64,000 nt of DNA from Mustelus asterias. Taxonomy: Eukaryota. The notes beneath the pieces were generated by a model, which saw nothing but the letters and a program-made list of their open reading frames with translations, was not told the origin of the DNA and made no database searches. A program made the translations under genes and the position numbers. The stretch spans positions 50,096,001 through 50,160,000 of the forward strand of contig NC_135819.1 of NCBI RefSeq assembly GCF_964213995.1, given 5' to 3'. Below, piece by piece: positions 1 to 11,480 of this stretch (position 1 is its first letter; every line of letters starts with the position of its first letter).

Positions 1-75
1 TATGCTTTGTCTGTATAGCGCGCAAGAAACAATAATTTTCACTGTATACTAACACGTGACAATAAATCAAATCAA
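1..75 (+). mobile_element. Rex1/Babar-type LINE 3' terminus
   Basis: Matches the 3' UTR of the copies at 3166-3892 and 47905-49450 (gtctgtatagcgcgcaagaaacaata...tgacaataaatcaaatcaa tail). Confidence 0.8.
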
Positions 76-148
76 GTAATTACCTATCACCACGGGAACA
101 CATATTCTATGAGTCCCACTGAGGGGTCAACCAGGAATTCCCCATGTA

Positions 149-439
149 GGGCGGCATGGTGGCACTGTGGTTAACACTGCTGCCTCACAGTGCCAGGGAC
201 CCGGGTTCAATTCCAGCCTCAGGTGACTGTCTGCGTAGAGTTTGCACGTTCTCCCCGTGTCTGCGTGGGTTTCTCCAGTTTCCTCCTACAGTCCAAAGAT
301 GTGTGGGTTAGATTGATTGGCCATGCTAAATTGCCCTTTAGTGTCAGGAGCATTAGCAGGATAAATATGTGAGGTTACTGGTTGTCGGGGAAGGCTGGAT
401 GGCCTCCTTCTGCACTGTAGGGCTTCTATGACTCTATGA
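149..439 (+). mobile_element. HE1/V-type tRNA-derived SINE, CR1-type tail
   Basis: A-box-like TGGCACTGTGG, B-box GGTTCAATTCC, V-core (gtttgcacgttctccccgtgtctgcgtgggttt), tail tggcctccttctgcactgtagg-(ttctatga)n. Confidence 0.85.
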
Positions 440-895
440 AGTCCTGGGGGTTATCGCACATGCCTACTGGTGATAAGTAAACGCATGTTTAATATGTAAA
501 TTGTAGGTCATATATACTTCGGTGAAAACAAGCATGACACACAAGGTTTTAAATGTTCAGGTATTGTTGATGTTGGTTCAGTCATTTAGTATTCTGGAAA
601 CTCACGTACATGTATGACTTTACATTTTAATGCACAAGTTTTTTGAATGAAATGCCGAGGGAGTGTCGTATACTTCAATTTCTGAGCAGTTTGTTATATT
701 GCCTCTCTGCTGCCACCTCTGTTGGGAAATTGTAAATATTGTTTGTTCAATAATGGCTGCCGACAGCGGAGCACATGTATATAGGCTTACTCAGTGCAAC
801 TCACAGCGTAAGTAGTAGTTGGATTATGTGACACCATCCAGCTGTTCTGGCTCATCTGGCGGATGAAACTTGGACTGCATGAGTCCAGGGAGAAC

Positions 896-2170
896 TGTGT
901 TAATCAGTCATAGCTATACAAGAAATAAAGATAATTTTAAGGAAGTTATATTTGTGTTGTGGGTGTTAGGAATAAGATATAGCTTTAAGTTTAATTTATG
1001 TTTTTTATTTGTGTGTTAAAACCTGGGTTTTGGTTTCACTTTCGAGTGACGCCCGCACTTCTGTGTGTTTATTTGTCTATATACATTTTAATGAGGTTTT
1101 ATGACCCTTCAAGTGGAAAACTGCGTCATCAAGGTGAGTAGTGGTAGTTTAGGGAATTTAAAGCAAAGGAGGAAAATTTGGGTTGTTGCCGAGCAATAGG
1201 AGACCCACAGAGGCACAGAAAGCAGTCTTAGTTCAGTTGGGAGGAGGTGCCAGGAGAAGCTGGACAGGAGAGAGAGCTGAGGAAAACAGATTTCTCAAAA
1301 GAATGGGAGAAGGTCCCAGAAATTATGGGTTGGGACAAAAAAAAAGAAAGGCCCAAGCAGACACTGAAGTTAAGGAAAAAGAGCAAGAATCTAAACAGGG
1401 TTCTTCTCAATGAACTTAAAGTAAGGAGCAGTGGAAAAAGCAGTGAATTAAATTGAGAAAGTGACAGGGAGCAGAATATAGGCGAAGTAGGCTTGCAAGA
1501 AGCCAGAAGATCAGAGAAAGAAGCCACAGGTTAGTGACTCCTTACCATGGGCCTGTGAAACAGTAGTGTTTATTAGGATGGCTGAGTATCTGAGAATGTG
1601 CGTGGAAGGCGAAGCTTGAATGTGCTTGGCGATGCAGGAGAGAGGAATATCAAAAGAAGAGGTTAAAACCCTGGAGGTAGATCCTTATTGAAGATGTCCA
1701 TATGAAAGCTTAATTTGGGAGGGAATTTTTTTTGCGCGTGGAAATTGGAAACTCTCGTGTGAAAGACATAATTTCTGTAAGACCAGTTGACTCACAGTGT
1801 GTCAAGTGTCTGGGGAGAGTTGATTTGAAATCTGTAGAAGTTGCTTTGGGTGGCATCCATCAAGTGTGGTTGTCTGACAAAAGCTAGCCAATTAGTACAT
1901 GGACAGTATGCTTATTATGAATGTTAGAATATAAGATAGATTTTGTAACTTGTGTTATCGTTAACAAATTTATGTATCTGTAAAGTGTAATGGGGTAATA
2001 TTTTTTATCTCTCTTGCTTAATAAATCTTTATTCTTTTGTTAAAAATTAATTAGCAGACTCCTGTGACTCTGTTTGGTAGCTAACCTCCACAAAAACTAA
2101 AAGTTAGTATCTATCAGGCCAGGTTCCACCCTGGGATCTGGCTCGTCCAGTGGGTAACATCAGCTGGAAT
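896..2170 (+). mobile_element. Probable solo LTR (Gypsy-like), degraded
   Basis: Starts TGT, has a purine-rich non-coding body, an AATAAA near 2020 and ends near ...gtaaca; architecture resembles the LTRs at 61166-63225; no TSD found. Confidence 0.45.
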
Positions 2171-2214
2171 TGGAGCAGTGTTCAGCGGCAGGAGGGAACA
2201 CCAACTCCCTCCCC

Positions 2215-2322
2215 GCTCCTTCGTCAGATGAAGAGTCATCCAGACTTGAAACGTTAACTCCGTTCTCTCTCCACCGATGCTGTCAGACCCACTGAGATTT
2301 TCCAGCATTTTTGTTTTGCATA
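2215..2322 (+). mobile_element. Penelope-like element terminal fragment (family B) with degenerate hammerhead motif
   Basis: CAGATGA-A-GAGTC-atcca-GACTT-GAAA-CGTT followed by ctctctccaccgatgctgtcagacccactgagattttccagc; related pieces at 31425-31530 (+) and 51312-51441 (-). Confidence 0.6.
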
Positions 2323-2384
2323 CTTTGATTGTTGCTCTTTAAAGATGAGCTTGTGGACTGGTGGAGGGAAGACTGGATCGGTGC

Positions 2385-2467
2385 GGGGGGGGGGGGGGGG
2401 GGGGTGGGGGGGGGGGGGGGGGGGGGGGGGTGGGGGGGGGGGGTGGGGGGGGGGGGGGGGTGGGGGG
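2385..2467 (+). repeat. Poly-G / G-rich tract
   Basis: About 80 nt of G interrupted by single T; explains the spurious poly-Gly and poly-Pro ORFs. Confidence 0.95.
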
Positions 2468-3165
2468 AGCAGCTGGCTTGGGAATGCTTGGGAGGGCCAG
2501 TGATTAGGCCGTGGGGTCTAATCTTACAATGTGCCCAGGTCAACTATTAATGGGAACTCACTCCTGCATGTTAGATCATTTTTAGTAGTACAGTTGGAGT
2601 GTTTCAATACCAGCAACCTTAGGTCTGAGTTCGTGCCAGATTTTGAATCTTGTTAGTGTTAGGAAAATGGTCCGGAGGCGTTTCACAGAACTTGCAGTGT
2701 AATTAAATAAAGATTGACAGTGATTAAAGCTAAAGCAGCCACACTGAAGTTAGATGGTGCTCTGGTTAGGCTACAACTTTGAAACTGTGTTCACTTTGGG
2801 TTCTTGGAACACGAGAGAAACGCTCAAGATGGATGTTTTGCAGAGAAATGTAAATCCACAAACTTTTCCAAGCTGGGTCAAGAGGGGTCAAAGCTCTCTC
2901 CAACCACTTGGAGCATAGGGATAAATTACTCGGATAACTACCCAGCACGCCACCACGCTGGGGCAGCAACTTCGTGAGCAAACCAGTCAGTTTTTCACTC
3001 ATTTAATAGCACTTAAAATTCTTGCATGGCTTGCTTTAAAAATGTTTTTCAGACACCCCTGGTTTTTGGATAGCCGGTTTTGAGGCACTATGTAACTGTG
3101 TCATTTTATGCCACACATGTATACTAGGAGCGGATTTTACTTGCAGTAGTATAATAATTGTAATA

Positions 3166-3892
3166 ATTGGAGATTGTCATTGACTTCAGGAAGCGTAAAG
3201 GAGAACATGCCCCTGTCTACATCAATGGGGCCGAAGTAGAAAGGGTCGAGAGCTTCAAGTTTTTAGGTGTCCAGATCACCAACAACCTGTCCTGGTCCCC
3301 CCATGCTGACACTATAGTTAAGAAAGCCCACCAATGCCTCTACTTTCTCAGACGACTAAGGAAATTTGGTATGTCAGCTACGACTCTCACCAACTTTTAG
3401 AGATGCACCATAGAAAGCATTCTTTCTGGTTGTATCACAGTTTGGTATGGCTCCTGCTCTGCCCAAGACCGTAAGGAACTACAAAAGGATGTGAATGTAG
3501 CCCAAGGATCACGCAAACCAGCCTCCCATCCATTGCCTCTGTCTGCACTTCCCGCTGCCTCAGCAAAGCAGCCAGCATAATTAAGGACTCCACGCACCCT
3601 GGACATTCTCTCTTCCACCTTCTTCCTTCGGGAAAAAGATACAAAAGTCCGAGGTCACATACCAACCAACTCAAGAACAACTTCTTCCCTGCTGCTGTCA
3701 GACTTTTGAATGGACTTACCTTACATTAAGTTGATGTTTCTTGTCACCCCAGCTATGACTGTAACACTACATTCTGCACTCTCTTGTTTCCTTCTCTATA
3801 AATGGTATGTTTTGTCTGTATAGCGCGCAAGAAACAATACTTTTCATTGTATGTTAATACATATGACAATAATAAATCAAATTAATTCAAAT
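3166..3892 (+). mobile_element. Rex1/Babar LINE, 5'-truncated
   Basis: RT C-terminus EIVIDFRK...VESFKFLGVQITNNLSW...KKAHQCLYFLRRLRKF, then 3' UTR and aataaatcaa tail. Confidence 0.88.
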
Positions 3893-4242
3893 AACAGAAA
3901 TGCAGGATTAGCCATTGAGTCGCTACTTTTCCAGTATTCAAAATGGGTATTCTGGTCTGGAATAAGATTTTGAAGAATTTTTAAATGTTAGTCAGATCCC
4001 AGATTCTGCTTTGTTCACTAGATGTTCATTATTGTCCATCTTGCTCCTACGTTTTATGTCACAGAGACAGTAATTATTAGGATTGCCTTTAGGTTTACAG
4101 CCATTTTTCATCAGCTGCAGAGCAAACATCAGAATTCAAGCCATGATCCTCTCGGTGAACACTTTCCTGATCACCATCAGATTTAGGAAATGGTGGGAGC
4201 ACCTAACATGCCTGTATGTAGGGATGGAGGAAAGGGAGCAAC

Positions 4243-4575
4243 TAGAATCATTGAATAGAATCCCCACAGTGCAGAAGAAGGCCATTCGGCCCATCAAGTC
4301 TGCACCGGGTCTCTGAAACAATATCTGACCAAGGCCCACCTGGCGAACTATCTCCATAACCTCACACATTTACCCTGCTTATCCCTCTACTCAGCACATC
4401 TTGGGACACCAAGGGGCAACTTAGCATGGCCAATCCACCTAACACACATATCTTTGGAGTGTGGATGGAAACTGGAGCACTGGGAAGAAATCCACATAGA
4501 CACAGGAAGAACGCGCAAATTCCACACAGACAGTCACCCAAGCTGGGAATCGGAGAGACAGCAGTGCTAACCATC
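4243..4575 (-). mobile_element. HE1/V-type SINE
   Basis: Reverse complement of the V-core and CR1-type tail (tagaatccccacagtgcagaagaaggccattcggcc). Confidence 0.8.
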
Positions 4576-5604
4576 ACAGTTAACTTTTTATATTGCTATT
4601 CTGTGATAGCAGTTAAAAGAATGGCCCATTGGCTGAAGTACTGGAGCACTTTTGATGCAAAACCCCATCACTGCTCATTGCCTGCAGGAAGAGTAGGAGT
4701 GATGAGAAACTGGAGGAAACATGGCAATCTTTTCATCTAAAGAAGCTGTGATCTTTGCAAAACTATCGTCGAATTAACAAACCAGGGCTCTGCAGAAGAA
4801 GCTGCAGGAAGTTACAAGAGGATGTTTCGATATTGATTTTCTCATATTTATTTAATGGGGGCTGCTTTAACTTGCAAACGACTTGTTAGGGAACCACGGA
4901 GAAAATGCTTTTCGGAAATGACACGACTGCTGCTTTTGCCCTTTCTTCGTGTTCTTTACACAATGAACAATTCTGGATTCTGAAATTTTGAAAGCACAAT
5001 TGCTGGTTTTAGAAACTACGCCAGATCACAATGTAAACGCATTGAAATTGTTAACTGCCAAGATGTCAATGAAATTATGCTATAAGCATTGTGACACAAG
5101 GAAATGTGCGGTACCTGTTCAAGTGATGAATAGTTCTTGTAATATGACTAAGCCATTCTCCAAATAGAAAGTCAAATATTCTAATGCGTGCTGTTCCTTT
5201 GTATTCAGCGTGTGAAATTTACACTCCAGTTCATTCAGGCTTCTTCCTCCATGGCCTTAGTTACTTAAATGTCATGTTCTTTTTCTGTCTTATTTTTTTA
5301 CTCTGCTGTACATAATCTAACCTTTTCTTGAGTAGCAAATCTAATCTTGAAGAAAGGATTTTCTCCGAGTTCTGAACAGGAACATTTTTAGAGACCAATT
5401 TCACAGTCAGTGAGAAGGCTACTTTTGAAAAGTTGAGCAAGCTGCAGCACTGATGAAATAAGGGTTATCTATAATAGCCATGTTCTGGCTTAGAAAAAAA
5501 TTCAGTCTGACATTACCCACATGGACAACTTTGGTAGGTTAACCCTATTAACTTAGAAACTCATATTTACAACAAAACTTCATTTTCTAGATATAGGTGT
5601 TACT

Positions 5605-6320
5605 TGCATTTATTGCTGGTTGTCCTTCAAGGTGATGGTGTAGTGGTTCCTTCTTTAATCACTGCAGTGCATGCGGTGAAGATATTTTCATTACACTGTT
5701 AGGTGCAGGGTTTCCAGGATTTTGACTGAGTAACGATGATGGAAAGGTGATGTATCTTCCAGGTTGGGTGCTGCCGGATATGTTGGGAGCTTAGAGATCA
5801 TGGCATTCCCCTCTAGGTAATGGAAGTCCTTGGTTTGAAAGCTGCTGTTCCAGAAGCCGTGGTGAGTTACTGAAGTACAACTGTAGATTGGCATTGAAGC
5901 TGGTGCACCAATGATGGATGAAGTAGTAGTTTAAGATGGTGGATGGGCTGCTAATCAAGTGGACTACTTTGCCCTGAATGGTGTTGAGCTTCTAGGGTGT
6001 CGTACCAACTGGAATTCCAATATCCAGGCAAGAGTCAAGTGTATACTTAAGGCTGAGATAGATACATTTTTGATCAGTAAGGGAATCAAAGATTACGGGG
6101 AAAGGGCAGGAAAATGGATGTGAGGAATGTTGTTGGATCAGGTATGATCCTCTTGCATGGAGGAACAGGCTTGAGGGGCCAGATGGCCTACTCCTGTTCC
6201 TATTTCTTACTGTCTTCTGGTCTAAATATTCCATCACACTCCTGACTTGTGTCAAAGAGGCTTTGGAGAGTTTAAAGGTCGGGCCGCACTGCAGATTATC
6301 CAGATTTTGTTGACACAGGA
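5605..6320 (-). mobile_element. Old LINE 3' fragment (partner of the tRNA-headed SINE), split by a CR1 tail at about 6036-6217
   Basis: gcatttattgc...caaggtgatggtg...ctgcag matches the extended 3' end of the SINE at 59791-60202; degraded RT-end coding on the minus strand. Confidence 0.55.
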
Positions 6321-6748
6321 ATATATTTATTTGTTCACTCTCCCCAAATAGATGTTAATCCTATTCAGCCACATCTCTGAGACAGAAAAAAAGACTTGGT
6401 GTTGGTTGTCATGGAAATGCAGACAAACATGATGAAATGCATTAGAGCAAAAGCATACTTTGTCCATTAGCTGACAATTGCCCCAGAGATGTGTGAACTG
6501 TGCTTAGCAATATGTCGTTCTACAAAATTTAATCAAAAATGTTTCAAAAGTTTTTTCCAGTTCCATATTTTAAAATGAAAATTAGGTTGAGAATTGCATT
6601 TATTTATAATTTTAGGTATTTTTCTAAAGTTGAAAATTGAATTAAGGTGATTGTTGGTCATGATATTTGCATTTTAGGACACCTTAATCCAGGAACTGTA
6701 CTTCAATAGAAATCAACTTTGCTGTAATAGTGTGGATTGTGGATTGAA

Positions 6749-6969
6749 TTTTTTTTATTTTTTAACTCCATCCTTAAAGTTACAAAGTCAATGCTCAGAA
6801 TGGACCGGGCAAATCCAAATTCATTGCTTGCTTGCTCCATAAACCAAATTAAAATTCCAATTGAATCCAATTCATGGTTCCCCAGAGAGACAAACAAGAT
6901 CCTAGCTGACAAGATAACCACACTTGGGCTTGATCTGTTGCTTGATCTTAGCCAAAAGGGCGACAAGAT
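6749..6969 (-). ncRNA. U2 snRNA-derived element (diverged U2 retrocopy or SINEU-like) with A-rich tail
   Basis: 19-nt exact U2 match CCTTTTGGCTAAGATCAAG (6941-6959, minus); collinear similarity to the U2 middle and 3' stem region (tttgcccggtccattctgagcattgactttgta vs CTTGCTCCGTCCACTCCACGCATCGACCTGGTA); tail aaaaaataaaaaaaa. Confidence 0.75.
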
Positions 6970-7224
6970 CATAATTTAAACTTAGCAGTCGTCCTTGTGT
7001 CAGAGTGTAGCTGTGTAGTACAATAGCTTTGTCCCCAGCTAGGTGAAAGGTATTGGGATAGTGAAATTAGACACTAGTCACACTACAGGCAGCCTGTGTC
7101 AGTGTCAACAAGTTTCATTCCAGGTAGGGGATCAGTTAGATGTAGACTAGAGTAAAATCATCTTCACTTTGCAACATCAATGGAGTTAAAATTCTTGTCT
7201 TTATTAATTATAGCAAAAAAAAAC

Positions 7225-7385
7225 AGTCTTTAAAAAGTACCTGGATGAGTACCTGGCACGTCATAACATTCAAGGCTATGGGCCAATTGCTGGTAAGTGG
7301 GATTAGGCGGGAGTTCAGGTGTACCTCGCATGCTGGTGCAGACTCGATGGGCTGAAGGGCCTCTTCTGCACTGTATAATCCTGTC
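7225..7385 (+). mobile_element. CR1 LINE 3' end fragment
   Basis: tttaaaaagtacctggatgag...ggctatgggccaa...ggtgcagactcgatgggctgaagggcctcttctgcactgta. Confidence 0.75.
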
Positions 7386-7664
7386 ATTCGAAGTAAAATG
7401 TAATATTTCTTCTTTTGTTTTACTGGCATTTCTCTCTCACCGCCCCCCCACCCCAAATATACTTTATAACATTTGTGAAAGTACATCACAAGACGTTTCA
7501 ACTTGAAAATTGCAAAAAATCAAGAACCATCCAACAGGATCTGCCATCTCCTTTTCCCATAGGGGCTGTGGGACATTATGTGCAGACGATTGCCTGATGG
7601 ACTTGGGGGTCATCTGTTTTTCCCCTAATTAACAAAGGCAGAATTCTCAGTATCAACCTCAACT

Positions 7665-7956
7665 TAAAGTTGAAGTTAAAGTTTATTTATTAGTGTCACA
7701 AATAGGCTTACATTATCACTGCAATGAAGCTACTGTGAAAATCCCCTAGTCGCCACACTCCGGTGCCTGTTTGGGTACAGTGAGGGAGAATTTAGCAGGG
7801 CTAATGCACCTAACCAGCAAAGCTTTTGGACTGTGGGAGGAAACCCACGCAGACATGGAGAAAAGTGCAGACTCAGCATAGACAGTGACCCAAGCTGGGA
7901 ATTGAACCCGGATCCCTGGCGCTGAGAGGCAGCAGTGCTCACCACTATGCAACCAT
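7665..7956 (-). mobile_element. V-type SINE with alternative tail (tail B)
   Basis: Same head and V-core as the HE1 copies, but the 3' part is aacaggcaccggagtgtggcgactaggggattttcacag...tgtgacactaataaataaactt. Confidence 0.8.
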
Positions 7957-8619
7957 GCTCAAGTCAAGCCACCATTATATTTCATCCGAGTTGGGTTGGG
8001 TGACAAACTGGTACAGAATTGTTCTCTGTGATGCCCTGCTCAATTGAAAATGAGTTGAGAAAGCCTAAACTCATTGTATATTGAACTGTTACAGCCTTTA
8101 ACCCTTCCTGTCTATTCTGGATTTCAGTCCAGAGGGTAAAGGGACTTGTACCCAGTTTTGTACTTTGTGTGCCATTTCCACTCAATTGCCAGTATTTCCG
8201 CTACAGTTTGTACTTGTAATAATACAGGGAACAGAGTGAGGCACTGGGTTCTCCAGCCATTTACATCAAGTCTTCTATTCCACTTTTCACTTTGACAGTC
8301 TAATTCCTTAGCAGTTGATTGCGAGAGAGATTGTGCAGCCTCTATTAATGCAGTGCCTGAGGTACAAAGGTATTATGCATTGGGATATTTTGTGTGTGCA
8401 ATTCAGATGTTGCAGCATATAATAGAGCAACACTGAGGTTTACGGCTTTGATCACCAACCTATAGTATGCCACCATTAAATGAGCAGAAAGTCAGACTGA
8501 TGAACACAGGCAGCATCTCCATTGGATTCCAACAAGAGTTCTAAAGGCGCTTGATTATGTCCCACTAGTCTGAATTTGCCAAGAGAATATACATCCAATG
8601 TCAAATAATACATGGAACT

Positions 8620-9520
8620 CCATCCCGCAATGCTTGTAGACCTAAACAGCCAAGCAAAATTAGAATAAGCAGAATAAAAGAGAAATCATTCACCATCTGG
8701 GAGTGAACTACAACAGAGTTCTTTACGAAATAGATGTGCTATGCCCTGGAGTGTTGAGAGATATGATCAAATAGAAAACTTCAACATATGAACCTCCTTG
8801 AACTCTCAAACATCGAACTCTGCAACTGCACAATCCAGGTCCATGGGATTGTGATGTAATTATTAGCTGCCCAGTGAAACAGCTGGCTACAAATGGATAC
8901 CATTCCAGGAACACTAGTACCCAATTGTCTTCAGAACCTGTTGCTGGAAAGGGATTACAGAATTAGCCCCAAAGCCTGCATGAGAATGAACTTCATATCC
9001 TTACATCAGCAAGTTGTTAAATTCCACCTCATCCGTTACCTGATTCATTACTTTCCCCAGAATCCAGTAATAAATCATAGGCAGCAGTGTGAGCTGACCT
9101 CCCTCCCACTCCCTCATTTCCTTTGCTGCAAAAAAAAATGCCTCCTCAGACGCATCTCCATTCTGTGCACTATACTCACCTCTATACCAATGGAGCACTT
9201 GGATAATCTGAAAAGACCCTGTGAATAAGAATTAAGTGCTATTGAAGAGGCATAGCAAGAAGTCTGAAGAAAGGACTTCAGCAATATCATCTACAGCTAA
9301 CCATCCAAAAACTAATTAAAGATTGTGCACCACATATTGCCTTCCAATGAAAGCCCATACAAATCACCCCTCTATATCAAAATACTGTTGGGGAGTTACT
9401 AACTATCGGGCTCCAAACGAATATTCTGGAAATATGTACTCTCATCCATTTTGGATAGCTGTCCATGAGACCACAAGGACTATGTTTAGAATGGTGCCAG
9501 TATTGTGCTGGCTGAGCATA
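8620..9520 (+). mobile_element. Highly decayed RNase H-bearing LINE (I/Nimb/Ingi group) remnant
   Basis: Motifs in the expected order across frameshifts: HLGVNYNRVL (YLGV.FD..L), LQNLLL..IT, YTHLYTNG (YTDGS), ELSAIEEA, IIYS, FWIAVH (WIPSH). Confidence 0.45.
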
Positions 9521-9587
9521 TTCACTGGAGGGGGCAGGATCTCAAAAGTATGTAGATTAACACTCTTGGTATATGATCTCAAACTTT

Positions 9588-10058
9588 TGTGTTCTTTCTT
9601 CTGACAGAAGAAGGTGGAAAAGAGTATGTCTGGAATGTGTGGGGTCCTTGATTATGCAGGCTGCTTTTCCGAGGCAGCAGGAAACGTAGACAGAGTCAAT
9701 GGATGGAAAGCTGGTTTGCGTGACAGACTGGGCTACGTTCACAACTCTTTATAATTTCTTGCAGTCTTGGGTAGAGCAGGAGCCATACCAAGCTGTGATA
9801 CAACCAGAAATGATGCTTTCTATGGTGCATCTGTAAAAGTTGGTGGAAGTCGTAGTGGACATGCCGAATTTCCTTAGCCTCCTGACAAAATAGAGGCATT
9901 GGTGGGTTTTCTTAACTATAGCGTCGGCTTGGAGTGATCAGAACAGGTTGTTAGATGTCTAGAAACTTGAAGCTCTCGTTCATTTCCACTTCATCCCTGT
10001 CGATGTAGACAGCCGCATGTCCTGTTTACGCTTCCTGAAGACTATCTCCTTCATTTCA
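9588..10058 (-). mobile_element. Rex1/Babar LINE internal fragment
   Basis: Minus-strand VAQSVTQTSFPSIDSVY...IIKDPTH; homologous to 3166-3892. Confidence 0.8.
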
Positions 10059-10069
10059 CTGAAGATATT

Positions 10070-10312
10070 GAAGAGTTGCGGAATATATTGAGCACTTCCC
10101 ATACCTTGGCAGCGACCTCTCTCAAAATGTCACCTTTGACAAGAAGATCCAATACTGGGTCAGCTGTGCCGTCTCAGCCTTCTACAAACTACAGCAGCGA
10201 GTGCTTGACAACAAAACCTCGGCAAGTCAATAGAAACCTCAGTATTCAGAGCATTTATCGTCTCCTTTTGTATTGCAGTGATACCTGGACTGTGTATCAT
10301 CGACACAAAACC
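10070..10312 (+). mobile_element. RTE-clade (BovB-like) LINE fragment
   Basis: EHFPYLGSDLS...AVSAFYKLQQRV...LLYCSDTWTVYHRH, typical of the RTE RT C-terminal region. Confidence 0.7.
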
Positions 10313-11129
10313 TGAACCAAACCCGAGCTGAGGACAGAGAGGTGACTGGGCTTTGGCCGTGTTTAGCTTCCTCAGGATTTCCGAGTATGTCAGCAATCAG
10401 AAGGCTCTATCTCAGTGACCCAACATAGAGCTGCAGATCTGTTCATATTCTGTAGGTGAGAGGTGCAGTCAGGGCTCAAGCCTGTGCCTAGAGTTGCCCC
10501 ACATCATTCAAATGGCCCTGGAGTGTGATGCACCAACCAAGTACTCACTGGATAGCCAAGAGAGGGAAATTGACACTTCTTTGACACTACAGTCGTAATG
10601 CTAAAGCTGTGCGGTGGTTGACTTCACATGATTACCATGTCAGGGGATGGTGATGAAGATAGAACTTTGAACCAGATCAAGGAGTTGCTAGTTATCATTT
10701 TCTGTACTTTGATATGAACCACTTTGTTCAGTCCCTCTGATCAAGTAATTCCATTTGGTGTATCAGCGGGACATTCAGTCGAAAGGGGAATTATATTTTG
10801 CCTTGCAAACTTTTTCACAACAGCGATTAGCTGGTATAAAAAAAATCATATATGTTTGAGGGCAGACAAATTATAAAGCAACTGAGAATATGAGACTCTG
10901 TGGTATCCCGAATGTAGTTTAGAAATTACTTTAGCTCCTAGTATCTCCCAGGACAATCTTTGAAAACTAGATTAAAGCAGGATTACAACACTTTTAAGAT
11001 CATTGATTAATTTTAGGGTTGGTTGTACAGTTTATGACACCACATATTTTCCATGTTGAAAACTAAATGTGCAAGCTGTAAACGCCATTGATTTCATTCA
11101 ACTCTCCCCCAAAATTCAGGCTTATTAGT

Positions 11130-11480
11130 GTGAAAGATGATGGATAAAAAAAACCATATTTGCCTGTGTCACTTACTGCCTCATACTTTATATTTGATGA
11201 AAGTGTGCAATTTGATGGATGAGACAGGCAGTAAGATTGAGATAATGTATCTCAAGAGGTCACTGCAACAAGCTTGTCTGTTATCCGTGTCTCCACATCA
11301 TGGTTATCCTTGTTGGCAGAGGATATTTGGAGGTCATCAACTGTGAAAAGACAACTATAATAGTGAAGGAAAGAAGTGAAGAAAATCATCAAAGAGTAGC
11401 GAACTTCACATTTAAAGTTATCTTGGCTCCAGTGACATGTATCACTGTCAGTTCTCATATTGGATGCGAGTCTGGTTTAG
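11130..11480 (+). mobile_element. Possible RTE LINE 3' coding remnant
   Basis: Decayed YLKRSLQ, LAEDIWR and SHIG motifs in the order seen at RTE C-termini. Confidence 0.35.

Noticed and set aside
2283-2550. Poly-Pro and poly-Gly ORFs
   Set aside because: Translation of the G tract; no coding context
4426-4830. ORF and AG-preceded purine-rich stretch resembling an exon
   Set aside because: Starts inside a SINE; the frames I checked hit stops, with no donor site or recognisable protein
6703-6979. Overlapping 89-aa and 80-aa ORFs
   Set aside because: They coincide with the U2-derived element and are chance frames
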